Translations under genes and position numbers: made by a program | Notes under the pieces: generated by a model | The model's input: the letters and a program-made list of their open reading frames with translations, nothing else | What the model was told of the DNA's origin: nothing | Database searches by the model: none | From: Prasinococcaceae sp. CCMP 1430 | Taxonomy: Eukaryota > Plantae > Prasinodermophyta | Reading direction: 5' to 3' | NCBI GenBank assembly: GCA_013416795.1 | Contig: RQSC01000152.1 | Location: 1-64,000 of the forward strand | DNA length: 64,000 nucleotides | Part shown: in pieces, positions 41,934-51,500 of the stretch | Position numbering within the stretch: position 1 is the first letter of the stretch | How the letters are laid out: each line of letters starts with the position of its first letter

Positions 41934-42746
41934 TCACTTCTTCTCGGCAGCCTCCAGCTCGGCCATGAACTTCTCGAGGTCGCCGTCGGCCTCGGTCGGC
42001 TCCACCGCCGCGGGCGCCGCGTCCTTCTTGCCACCACCGAACGCGCTCATGCCGCCGTAGATGACCACCCCCCACGCTGCCAGAATGGTCAGCACGAACT
42101 GCTCCTCCTTCCAGCTCTGCGGGTCACTGGGATTCTCCCAGAAGTTTACCTTGGCCTCACCCTCGGCAGCTGCGATTGGCGGAGTGGAATGCGCGCGCGG
42201 GAGTCCGCGAAGTGGCGGTGGTTGTGTGTTGGTGGTGTGTGCGTGTGAGTGGTTGGGGTTGGCGGCCATTCGATGCGCAGCGCGGCGAGGGCGAGCGGAG
42301 GGCCGCAAGAGAAGGCATAGTGGGGACGCGCGCTTCGGCGTCAGCGTCGAGTCGGCGCACCCACTGAACGACTTCGTACACGCACCCACAGGCAGTTGGT
42401 GCTGTGGGCGGCAGAGCGGACCAGCGCGGCACGGCACGCAGTCTAGCGCCGGCACCGTAAGCTCGCGCAGCGATCCTGCGGCGCTCCGCAGCTCGCGTGC
42501 GCCCACACCCGCATGCGCAAACACTGCGTCCGCATTTGCGAGCCCGGCGCAGGCGCTGAAGGGATGCCAACCCTAAATGCCAGCGCAAGCGGTGTGCGCG
42601 GGCGTGCAGCACATGGGCGCGCGCCCACACACACTCCCATCCCCCTCGCGCGCGCACGTACCGGCAGCATATCCCCTGCGGGGCGCCGTGCTGCGCACGG
42701 TGCGCGCCGCGCCGCGCGCGACGCGCGAGCTCACGCGCGAGAGCAT
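41934..42746 (-). CDS. Small single-TM mitochondrial protein of a green-lineage type; intron 42170-42661
   Basis: Presequence MLSRVSSRVARGAARTVRSTAPRRGYAA splices in phase 1 to AAEGEAKVNFWENPSDPQSWKEEQFVLTILAAWGVVIYGG. The KVNFWE.P....WKEE.FV motif is recalled from plant mitochondrial proteins; subunit identity not known to me. Confidence 0.72.
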
Positions 42747-42751
42747 TCTCA

Positions 42752-42795
<44 letters not shown>
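42752..42795. repeat. G44 homopolymer in a divergent promoter
   Basis: Seen directly, 5 nt from the ATG at 42746. Confidence 0.93.
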
Positions 42796-42796
<1 letters not shown>

Positions 42797-43099
42797 GGAG
42801 GCTGCGCCTGCGCGCCGTGTGCCGTGCACACGCACGCGGCCCGAGTGCGCCGCATGCGTCCCCATGGTGCCGACATTTCGCCGCGGGCCGCCCGGCGCGC
42901 GCGCCAACGTGCCACAGGCGGAAAGCCGCGGAATGGGCACCGAAGTCGCGCGCGGAATTCCGCGAGGGATTTTTTTTTCGCAGTGGCTGTTGGGGCTGGC
43001 CGCCTGGCCCCCAGCGGAAGGCGTGTGGTGGGGTGGGTGTGGGCGCAGGGCGCTGCCACACCGCGCGCCGCCCGCGTTGCGTGCTGGGTGGGCGGAGCG

Positions 43100-45589
43100 A
43101 TGGGCGCGGACAATAACGACACGGCCGCCGACGCCGTTGCGGCCGAGGCCGCCGCGGCCGCGCTGTCAGCAGCGCTCGTGGCGGACCCGACGCTCGCGCC
43201 GTTCCTGCAGCCTGGCTACGACGCGGCGGCGTATGCGAGCGGCGTGCTGCGCAGCGGCAGCGCCGCGAGCTGTACGCTGCAGCTGAACACGGGGTTGGGG
43301 GCGCTCGATGCAGAGCTGCGCGCCGAGGTCGTGGCGCAGTATGACCAGCTTCTCGAGGCGGTTGCCAGCCTGCGCGACACCGAGCGCGCGCTGGGCGACA
43401 TTAAACTCGGGGCCGGCGCATTGCGTGCGTCGGCAGCACGGGTCGGCGCTGAGCTTGCTGAGCCGCACAGGCAGCTCGTTGAGCGCACAAGGCAGTTGCG
43501 TAATCTCTCGGCGGTGGTGGACCTCCTGCGCCGCTCAGTGCGCGCTCTGAAACTCGCAGCCAAGCTGCGGGATCACGTGGACGATGAGGGCGACGGCGGC
43601 ACGGCCACAAAGGCGGCTGTGCGGCCCGACGCGGCCAAGGCTGCGCAGCTCTTGGCGGAGATCGGCGTGCTCTTGGTTGACACGGACGTGGCACGCGTGG
43701 AGGCAGTGGCCGCGCAGCGTCCCTTCATTGACCGCGCGGCTATCAAGGTCCGGGCGCAGGCGGAGGCATCGCTGCGCTCGGGCATGGAGACGCTCAGCCA
43801 GGCTGAGGTCGGCCAAGCGCTGCAAATATTTTTCAACAGCGGCGAGCTCGCCGGCGTCGTCCAGGAGCTCGCGAGGCGGTACACGGTGCAGGTGTCGCAG
43901 ACTGCTGCGAATGCGCTAGATGCCACCTCGATCGCCAGCGGTACCAAAGGCGGAGGCGCAGGCCGCGGCAAGGCGCCGAGCACCTCGCAATGGCGTGAGG
44001 AGGTGTGGCAGCGGCTGACTGCTTCGATGGACGACATGTACGCGGCGGTGGTGGCTATGTGGCACCTGCAGCGCGTAGCAGCGAAGAAACGCGATCCGAT
44101 TTCGCATGCGTGCTTTCTGGATGTGATTGTGGAGGAGGGCCAGTCGACGCTCACCGAGCGCTTCTGGAAGGCCTTCACCGACGTAATTGCCCAGCACATG
44201 GCCAACGCGTTCAGGACGTCGGGCTTCATCAAGGACGCGCTGGTGGAGGGATACCCGCGGCTCGCGACGCTATTTGACGGGCTCATAGACCGGCTGGAGC
44301 GCGACACCGAAGTCCGGGGCGTGGCACCTGCAGTTCCTGTGAATGGCCGCGCCATGCTGTTCCACGCGCTCGCGCCCTTCCGCGACGCCTTCGCGCAGGC
44401 CAGCGCCGAGCGCTATGAGAGCGCGGTCGGGTCGCTCTTCGCGCGTGGTGCAGTTCCCACTCGCGGAGCGGCCCTCAAGTTGTGTGCGGCACTGCGGACG
44501 GAGGTCGCGCGCGCTAATTCTAAGGCCGGTGTGGGCGCGGTATCCGCCGCCGCGTCCACGTATGCGAGCAGCACGGATGCCGATATGGCTGTGCTCGTCG
44601 CGTCGCCACTGTCACAGGCGCTGTACCAGCTGGCCGAGCGTGTCGAATACCATATTACCACTGGCCCAGAGACGAAGCAGGTGACCGCCGCGCCGTCGTC
44701 AACGCAGCAGCGCAACTTCAACCTGTGCGGGCTGCTGGCCGACGTCCACAAAGATGTAGCGATGCACGTGCTCACGCAGCTGCCGGCTGAGGCAGTGGCC
44801 GTGCTGTCACCCGCACTGCAGAATATGTTCGCGGCGGGGACGGACAACCTCAATCCAATCTTCCGCGCGATGGCTCAGCGGCTCGAAGAGACGCTCTTAA
44901 CCATGCATGACCCGGGTGTGTACGTTGATGACGGTGCGCAAGTGGGCGCCGTGACTGAGCCAAGCACATACATGCGCAATCTGCGCAGGCAGCTGCAGGC
45001 CTTCAGTACCGACTTTGTGTCCAAGATGCTGTCGGCTGGCCCAGTTGGCAGTGTTGCGCGCACGCTATCGCCCCCACAGAAGCATCCAATGGTTGGAAAG
45101 TTGGTGCTGAAGATGGCGCGCCGCTTGTGCGCGTTCTTCGTGCGGCATGCGGCGCTCGTGCGTCCCCTTGGAGACGCGGGGAGGCTGCGCATGGCACGCG
45201 ACATCGCCGAGCTCGAGGCTGCGATCGGTGAGGCGCTGGTGCCGGCTGAAGCTATCGGCGCACCCTACCGGGCTCTCCGCGCATTCAAGCCACTGCTGTT
45301 TCTGGAGACAACGAAGGTACCTGGCTCCCTGCTGCTGCACGACCTTCCAACGAGCGCTGTGCTGCACCACCTGCTCGGACGCGCTCCTGCTGCATTGCAG
45401 TCGCCTCATGCGCAATCGGGCATCACCGTTTCGCAGTACTCTGTGTGGATGGACAGGCACGCCGACGCCGACGCGGTGTCGAGAGTGCAGCAGTGCACTG
45501 ACGCTTTCGCCAGGTCGCCCGACGGCGCCAGCGCAGGGGAGGGGGTGCTCGAGGCAATCAGCGCCGTGAGCGACGGCAGCGCTGCGTAA
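43100..45589 (+). CDS. COG5: Conserved oligomeric Golgi complex subunit 5
   Basis: LAPFLQPGYDAAAYAS...LNTGLGALDAELRAEVVAQYDQLL, LSQAEVGQALQIFFN, VWHLQRV-like MWHLQRVAAKKRDP..H..FL, YPRL and LRMARDIAELE...YRALRAFKPLLF. Confidence 0.92.
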   Translation: MGADNNDTAADAVAAEAAAAALSAALVADPTLAPFLQPGYDAAAYASGVLRSGSAASCTLQLNTGLGALDAELRAEVVAQYDQLLEAVASLRDTERALGDIKLGAGALRASAARVGAELAEPHRQLVERTRQLRNLSAVVDLLRRSVRALKLAAKLRDHVDDEGDGGTATKAAVRPDAAKAAQLLAEIGVLLVDTDVARVEAVAAQRPFIDRAAIKVRAQAEASLRSGMETLSQAEVGQALQIFFNSGELAGVVQELARRYTVQVSQTAANALDATSIASGTKGGGAGRGKAPSTSQWREEVWQRLTASMDDMYAAVVAMWHLQRVAAKKRDPISHACFLDVIVEEGQSTLTERFWKAFTDVIAQHMANAFRTSGFIKDALVEGYPRLATLFDGLIDRLERDTEVRGVAPAVPVNGRAMLFHALAPFRDAFAQASAERYESAVGSLFARGAVPTRGAALKLCAALRTEVARANSKAGVGAVSAAASTYASSTDADMAVLVASPLSQALYQLAERVEYHITTGPETKQVTAAPSSTQQRNFNLCGLLADVHKDVAMHVLTQLPAEAVAVLSPALQNMFAAGTDNLNPIFRAMAQRLEETLLTMHDPGVYVDDGAQVGAVTEPSTYMRNLRRQLQAFSTDFVSKMLSAGPVGSVARTLSPPQKHPMVGKLVLKMARRLCAFFVRHAALVRPLGDAGRLRMARDIAELEAAIGEALVPAEAIGAPYRALRAFKPLLFLETTKVPGSLLLHDLPTSAVLHHLLGRAPAALQSPHAQSGITVSQYSVWMDRHADADAVSRVQQCTDAFARSPDGASAGEGVLEAISAVSDGSAA

Positions 45590-45601
45590 TTATTTTGTGT
45601 A

Positions 45602-48600
45602 TTACTGCTCCGTGCCTGTGCCAGCCGCGTCCTGCAGGCAAGCAGCAAACGCAGCGGCAGCCTCGGCGACGTGCGCCGACGGGTGTCCCTCGAGTTCGCG
45701 AGCAAGCGGCGCGAGCGGCGCCAGCTTATCGGTCGTATCGGCGCCCCGCCGAAGCAGCGCGGCGGCGATTGCGAGTGCGGGCTCCAAAAAAGGCTCGACT
45801 GTGTTCGTGGCGGCGTACTCGAGCACTCCGGCGACGGCAGCTGACGCCTGGAGCGACACAAGCTCGGTCGTCGGCAGCTCCGACTCATCCAGCTGCAGCA
45901 CATGGCGAACCAACTTGATGTTGTGAACGTTGCACAGCATCGACGACACGCTGAGGAAGCTCACGAAGTGGGGGATCAGCCCCGAGCGGGCGGCAGCCAC
46001 CGCGTAACGCGCCGCGTCGCGCTCCATCAGCGAGCCAAGCAGCTTGAGCGTACAGAGCGGGATAGGCTCCTCGTCGGAGAGCAGGTCCGAGTATACTGGG
46101 CCCAGTCGCAGTACGCATGCGTCTGCGACTTCACGCGCGTACGCATCGTACGTCCCTGGCGTCGACAGGATAGGGCCGAGGAGGTCCCCGATGGTGCGCA
46201 ACGCCTGAAATCTGAGCTCACTCACAGAGCCGCCAGCCACAGCGTCCGCCAGGGGTGGCAACAGCCTTGAGGTGACGGCCGCAGCGCGCTCCAGCAGAAG
46301 GTCGGGCTGCGACGCGCACGCCTCGACTGTCTGCAGAAGGCAGGTTGCGAACTCCAGCGGTACCGACGACGGCGAGAACACTCCACCCGACACCCTCGGA
46401 GCGAGCGTCAACCGCACGAGCTCGCCGAGCTTGTCGATGAGCGCGTCGTTCGCCGCCTGGACACGAAGCGATGCCGATCCGACGACGAAAAGCACCGCGG
46501 GAAAGAGAGCCAGTGCTCCACCCCCTCTGGACTGGTTCTGCTGCGACTGTGTCCGTCGTTTTCGCAGCTCACTGACCGTGGAGTCGATGATCGCAGTGGC
46601 TGTGCTCACGCATTCAGCCTGCAGCGCGCGTAGAGCGTCTGCGCCATAGTCGTTTCCCATAAAGGACGAGTCTGCGGCAAGGCGGTCAAGCGTCGGCAAC
46701 AGCCGTGACGCGCACGCTTGTCGCAGCGCGCGAGGGGAGCGGCTGACCAGCAGGAGGAGCGCGAGGCACGCCTTGCCACGCAGCACGACCGCCGATTGCT
46801 CGAGGCACGCAAGTAGAGGCGGCAGAAGCAATCGCTCCTCTGTAACGGTAAGCACGATGGCCGGCCGGCCGGCCTCACCACTGGAGGTGTCCATGAGTGC
46901 CACGCAGGCAATCGACGCCATAGCCTGCGAAGCTCGACCCTGAGGGTCTGCTACGCCACGCGCCAGCAGCTTCGCTCCACCGCTGTGTCGCATGACGCCG
47001 GCGGCAAGTCCGCGGCGCTGACGCAATACCCTTGCAAGCGCACCCGCCACCGTTGCCCGCAGCTGCTCCGAGCGGCAGGTGCTGTACAGCGACGCGAGGT
47101 TCGTGGCCATTTCGACGGTCGATACCCGCGTGGGCCACTCGCCGGTGCCAGAGGCGACATTCTCGATGGTTTTCGCAGCGTAATGCGCTGCGACTTCGTC
47201 CTCGCCGGGCCGCAGCAGCTGCGTCATGGCGCCGACCACCTCATGGGGTATGTGCCACGGGCTCGGCCTTACGCGACCACTGTTGCCAGCACCACTGACC
47301 ATGCCTGCCTCCTGCGCTTGCGTCGCCACGTAGAAGAGTAGCTCGCCCAACGCAGCCATCGCTCGCCTCTTGAGGCGTTCGTCGCGCTCGCCAAGAGCCT
47401 CGGTAAGCGCCTCCGCGACGCCAGATTGTGCGAGCTCCTCGGCGATGTAGGTGGCGTGGCGCAGGAGCGTGCCCATCACCGCCGCCAGCCGAGCTCGAAG
47501 GGCAGGTGATTTAGCGGATCGCAGGATGCGCACGAGGAGGCCCATGAGCGAGCTATTGATGAGCACGTTGGCTGCCGATTGGTTGGAGCAGAGCGTCTCA
47601 AAGTAGCAAAGAGAGTTCAACCGCTCCTGAAGCGGCACCGATCCGCTAAGCGAGCGATACACCTGCGTGAGGAAGTCCTCCAGCTCTGGCTGGGCCATCG
47701 CCAGCATCTCATCAAGCGCTGATGCGCGAAATGGGAGGAGCCGCCGGTCGTACGTTGGCTCGGCCACCTTCTCGATGCGACGGTTGTGCACGATGGGTTT
47801 GACAGCCTGATCACTACGATGCCACAAAAGCTCCTCGACCACGCTTGCAGCCGAACATGTACGGGCCTCTGACCCCTGCGGAGTCGAGTCCTCACCGACA
47901 GCGTGCTCTCCATCCTGAGCGCCATTTGCCAGATCGCCAGCCGCTTTGTCGTGGCCATTGCTGCCAACGGAAAGGGGTCCATCTGGAGCAACTGCAGACT
48001 CCCATGGTCCAGACCTGCGCGACCTCGACGTGCGGCCGAACGCTGATGCATCAGGCTCATCTGCCGAGATATCCGTCGGAGCGACATCGTCAGCACCGTC
48101 CTCGCCGGGCGTAGTACGGTCTGCTCCTGCCGAATTTGCATGGTCCACCACACCCGCGGAGATTTTGTTGTTCGCCTCCCCCCCGCCGCCGACACCCGTC
48201 TCAAAGTTCAGCTCCGTTTCTGTGTCGCTGAGGGCAACATCGCCGTCGTTGTCATCGTGGCCGAAGGCGGACTTGCCAGGGGCGTGCCCCTGAACAGCAT
48301 TCCCGCCCGCCTTGCCAAGGTAGCCCTCCACCTCCTCGTCGTCCTGATTGTCGCGCGCGGCTATGCTCAGTCGTAGCACGTCAACGTCACTGGTGCGCCG
48401 CGCGACACTCGCCCGCGCGGTGCTCGTCCTAGCCGCGTTCTCCTTGTCGACCTGATCGACGCCGCCTGCCAACGCATGGCCTGCGTTCCGGCTGACAGGC
48501 GCATCCACCGCATGCTGTTCGAGTTTGTGCACGGCTTTGGTGCCGCTTGTGCCCTCAACGCCCGCTGCCCCACGACCATCGGGGGCGGTGACTGCCGCTG

Positions 48601-49462
48601 CCAGCCTCGACTTTCGGAGGAATGCCTCGAACGCCGGCTGCGCTGGCAGCTTGCGTTCGTGCAGTGGCACGCGCCAAACGGGGTGCACGCGAACCTCACT
48701 CCAACCGATGCGTTTCGCTGGGTCCTTCTCCAGCAGCTTTGAGACTAGGTCAACGAGGGCAGGCGACGTGCCCTCGGGCAGGGGTGGCGTCTCGTCGTCA
48801 AGAATCATCGCGACCAATTTCTGGAAGGAGGAGTCGACGAAGGGTGGCGTTCCCGTCACGCACTCGTAGATGACGCAGCCGAGCGCCCACAGGTCGCTTG
48901 CGAAAGAGTGGAATGAGCCGTCGGCGAATAGCTCGGGCGCCATATAGCACGGGGCGCCGCGCCCCGTGCCATGCTTTGCCGCCGGTCCTGCGCCTCCCCG
49001 CGCGGCCGCGCGCTCGATGTCCGTGAGGCGCAGCGCGTTCCCGAAGTCGCACAGCTTGAGGCGACCATCCTCGTCGAGCAGCACGTTGGACGGCCTGAGC
49101 GCCACGTACACGATACCCTGCGAGTGCAGGAAATACAACGCGTCGGCGAGCCCACGGCCGAAGTCGTGCACGGAGGCCTCGGGCAGCACCCCGTCCTGCT
49201 TGAGCAGTGTCGACATGTCGCCTCCCACGCAGTACTCCAGGATGAGCCAAAGGTGGTTGGACGTCTCGTACCATGCGTGGAATCGCAGCACCGCCTCGTG
49301 GCGCAGCGCGTGCAAGATGCGCACCTCCTGCAGCACCCGCGCCTTTTGCGACTTGTCGACCGACTTGACCGCGTAGTACTGGATCGTCTTCTTGCGCCTC
49401 GACTTGTACACGACGGAGTGCTTGCCACGACCGATCTGCTCGTAGATGTGGAAGTTATTCAT
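45602..49462 (-). CDS. RUK: RUNKEL/ULK4 pseudokinase with C-terminal HEAT/ARM repeats (single exon)
   Basis: MNNFHIYEQIGRGKHSVVYKSRRKKTIQYYAVKSVDKSQKARVLQEV, GAPCYMAPELF and WHRSDQAVKPIVHNRRI, followed by helical repeats. Confidence 0.95.
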   Translation of the reverse strand: MNNFHIYEQIGRGKHSVVYKSRRKKTIQYYAVKSVDKSQKARVLQEVRILHALRHEAVLRFHAWYETSNHLWLILEYCVGGDMSTLLKQDGVLPEASVHDFGRGLADALYFLHSQGIVYVALRPSNVLLDEDGRLKLCDFGNALRLTDIERAAARGGAGPAAKHGTGRGAPCYMAPELFADGSFHSFASDLWALGCVIYECVTGTPPFVDSSFQKLVAMILDDETPPLPEGTSPALVDLVSKLLEKDPAKRIGWSEVRVHPVWRVPLHERKLPAQPAFEAFLRKSRLAAAVTAPDGRGAAGVEGTSGTKAVHKLEQHAVDAPVSRNAGHALAGGVDQVDKENAARTSTARASVARRTSDVDVLRLSIAARDNQDDEEVEGYLGKAGGNAVQGHAPGKSAFGHDDNDGDVALSDTETELNFETGVGGGGEANNKISAGVVDHANSAGADRTTPGEDGADDVAPTDISADEPDASAFGRTSRSRRSGPWESAVAPDGPLSVGSNGHDKAAGDLANGAQDGEHAVGEDSTPQGSEARTCSAASVVEELLWHRSDQAVKPIVHNRRIEKVAEPTYDRRLLPFRASALDEMLAMAQPELEDFLTQVYRSLSGSVPLQERLNSLCYFETLCSNQSAANVLINSSLMGLLVRILRSAKSPALRARLAAVMGTLLRHATYIAEELAQSGVAEALTEALGERDERLKRRAMAALGELLFYVATQAQEAGMVSGAGNSGRVRPSPWHIPHEVVGAMTQLLRPGEDEVAAHYAAKTIENVASGTGEWPTRVSTVEMATNLASLYSTCRSEQLRATVAGALARVLRQRRGLAAGVMRHSGGAKLLARGVADPQGRASQAMASIACVALMDTSSGEAGRPAIVLTVTEERLLLPPLLACLEQSAVVLRGKACLALLLLVSRSPRALRQACASRLLPTLDRLAADSSFMGNDYGADALRALQAECVSTATAIIDSTVSELRKRRTQSQQNQSRGGGALALFPAVLFVVGSASLRVQAANDALIDKLGELVRLTLAPRVSGGVFSPSSVPLEFATCLLQTVEACASQPDLLLERAAAVTSRLLPPLADAVAGGSVSELRFQALRTIGDLLGPILSTPGTYDAYAREVADACVLRLGPVYSDLLSDEEPIPLCTLKLLGSLMERDAARYAVAAARSGLIPHFVSFLSVSSMLCNVHNIKLVRHVLQLDESELPTTELVSLQASAAVAGVLEYAATNTVEPFLEPALAIAAALLRRGADTTDKLAPLAPLARELEGHPSAHVAEAAAAFAACLQDAAGTGTEQ

Positions 49463-49771
49463 GGCGACCGCCGCGCTGCCGCGGCCTGGCGCCGGCTGCG
49501 CGGGGCCAACCCGCCTCGCGGAACGCCGCGAGGCGCCCTGCTCGGCGCGCTCGGCGCGCGCACAGTGGTTCCCCCCCCCCTCTTCCCTGCTCTCTCTCCC
49601 GTCCCTCAAAACCCGAGGTTGGGCATTCCCCCCATTCCTGAGCACCATCACGTAGCACCTGCCCTCCGCACCGCCGCACGCAGCAGCAGCGCACGCGCAA
49701 ACACGGCGCGAACGTCGCAGCCACCCCCGGGATGACCCCCCGCTAATCCCGGTCTTTTCTACAATCACCCC

Positions 49772-49782
49772 TATATAAATAG
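49772..49782 (+). promoter_or_regulatory. Canonical TATA box (TATATAAATAG) in the RUK/EF-Ts divergent interval
   Basis: Best TATA match I saw in this GC-rich window. The target transcript is unknown. Confidence 0.4.
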
Positions 49783-50265
49783 TGGATCATCTGGGGCTCT
49801 CTCTGGCTCGTTCACCTGGTCAGCGAATTGGCAGTTTGAAAATGGCTGGGCGGTGTGTCTCTCGACGGCCTGTCTGTCTCACCATCAGCAACACCTACAG
49901 TATCGTAGAGTCCAAAGAGATCTGTGTGGTATCAATGAACCACGGGAGAGTATTCGTCGCGCTCAGACGTGGATATCAGAATGCATGCGAAACGGGACGT
50001 GGCGCAGCAGGCCGCCAGAGCGCGCAGCGCTGCGCTGTTGTGGATTGCCCCAGCCTGCGCCCGCGGTGGCAGGAGAAGGGGGGGCAGGGACTGCGTCAGA
50101 GCGCACGCGGGAGGCGGCCTGGGGCTCTTCTGTTCCGTGGCCCCGCGCGGTGGGTCTCCTCGCCCGTCCGCCTAGCGGCCGCTGCGGACGCGTGTGTGGC
50201 GATGTTGGGGGGGGTCGCGCGCCGCTGCGCGGCGGCGGCGGCAGCGGCGACGGCGGCGGCAGGAC

Positions 50266-51396
50266 ATGGGCGAGGGGAGAGCCTCGGCTGCGGCCGCGGG
50301 TGCGGGCGCCAAGGCGGCGGCGATCCGCGCGCTGCGCGAGCGCACGGGCGCAGGCATGATGGACGTCAAGAAGGCGCTCGAGGCTGCAGGCTGGGACGAG
50401 GAGGTGCGGGCCGGGGCACCCTGCCCCCGCGTGGCGCTGGGCCATGCCGCGCAGAGCGCAACGTTCCCCCACACAACCCAAGCCCGACCAGCGACGCACG
50501 CGCGCTGCGAGCGCCTGACACGCGCTGTCGATCTCAAATGTGCCCTCCCTCGTCCTCCCGCGCGACTGCAGGCGGCCGCGGATGCGCTGCGCGCCAAGGG
50601 GCTCGCCAAGGCTGCGAAGAAAGCCGGTCGCACCGCGATGGAGGGCCTCGTGGGCGTAGCGCTGTCTGACGACGCTGGCGCAGCCGCGCTCGTCGAGATC
50701 AACAGCGAGACGGACTTCGTCGCGCGCAATGAACGCTTCCAGATTCTCGTCGGGCGAGTCGCGGCAGCGGCGCTCGCTGAGGGCACTGCTGGTGACGTGC
50801 CCGCGCGGCGCAGCGCGGCCACAGGTTCCATGGAGCTCGATGTGGAAGCGCTGCTCGGCAGGCCAGACGGCACGGATGGCGATCTCAAGATGACTGTCAC
50901 CGAAGTGGCTGCCGCGTGCGGCGAAAATGTGCGCGTGCGCCGCGCGTCGCTGGTGCTCGCGCCGCCGGGTGGCCACGTGGCCGTGTACATGCACAATTCG
51001 CCAGCCGGTGCCACCGCGCTAGGCCAGATGGGCGGCGCCGTGGCGGTCGCGCCTGGTGCCAACGCCGACGAGGCCGCGCGCATTGCAATGCACGCGGTCG
51101 CTGCGCGCCCGGCGTATCTTAACCGTGCATCGGTGCCCCCTGAGGACCTCGAGCGGGAGCGCGCTGTCCTCTCGGAGCAGGCACTCGCCAGCGGCAAGCC
51201 GGCCAACGTTGTCGAGAAGATGGTCGCCGGGAGGCTCAACAAGTTCTACGAGGAGCACGCGCTCGCCGAGCAAAAGCTCGTGATGGACGACAAGATGTCC
51301 GTCAAGAAGGCGCTCGGTGCCGACGATGCGCTTTGCAGCTTTGCGCGCCTCCAGGTCGGCGAGGGGATGTCCGCGCTCGACGAGGAGGAGGCGTGA
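50266..51396 (+). CDS. TSFM: Mitochondrial elongation factor Ts; stopless intron 50404-50571
   Basis: IRALRERTGAGMMDVKKAL, AKAAKKAGRTAMEGLV, LVEINSETDFVARN, AARIAMHAVA and MVAGRLNKFYEE..L.EQ. The presequence may start at 50202 in another frame. Confidence 0.95.
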   Translation: MGEGRASAAAAGAGAKAAAIRALRERTGAGMMDVKKALEAAGWDEEVRAGAPCPRVALGHAAQSATFPHTTQARPATHARCERLTRAVDLKCALPRPPARLQAAADALRAKGLAKAAKKAGRTAMEGLVGVALSDDAGAAALVEINSETDFVARNERFQILVGRVAAAALAEGTAGDVPARRSAATGSMELDVEALLGRPDGTDGDLKMTVTEVAAACGENVRVRRASLVLAPPGGHVAVYMHNSPAGATALGQMGGAVAVAPGANADEAARIAMHAVAARPAYLNRASVPPEDLERERAVLSEQALASGKPANVVEKMVAGRLNKFYEEHALAEQKLVMDDKMSVKKALGADDALCSFARLQVGEGMSALDEEEA

Positions 51397-51500
51397 GGCG
51401 CGCCGTGACCGATTTTTCCTTGCGCATGGCGCTCGAGCAGATTCGCTCCCGCGAGCGCCATTTGCCAACTACTAATACAAAGCCCTTACTCGCTGTCCGG

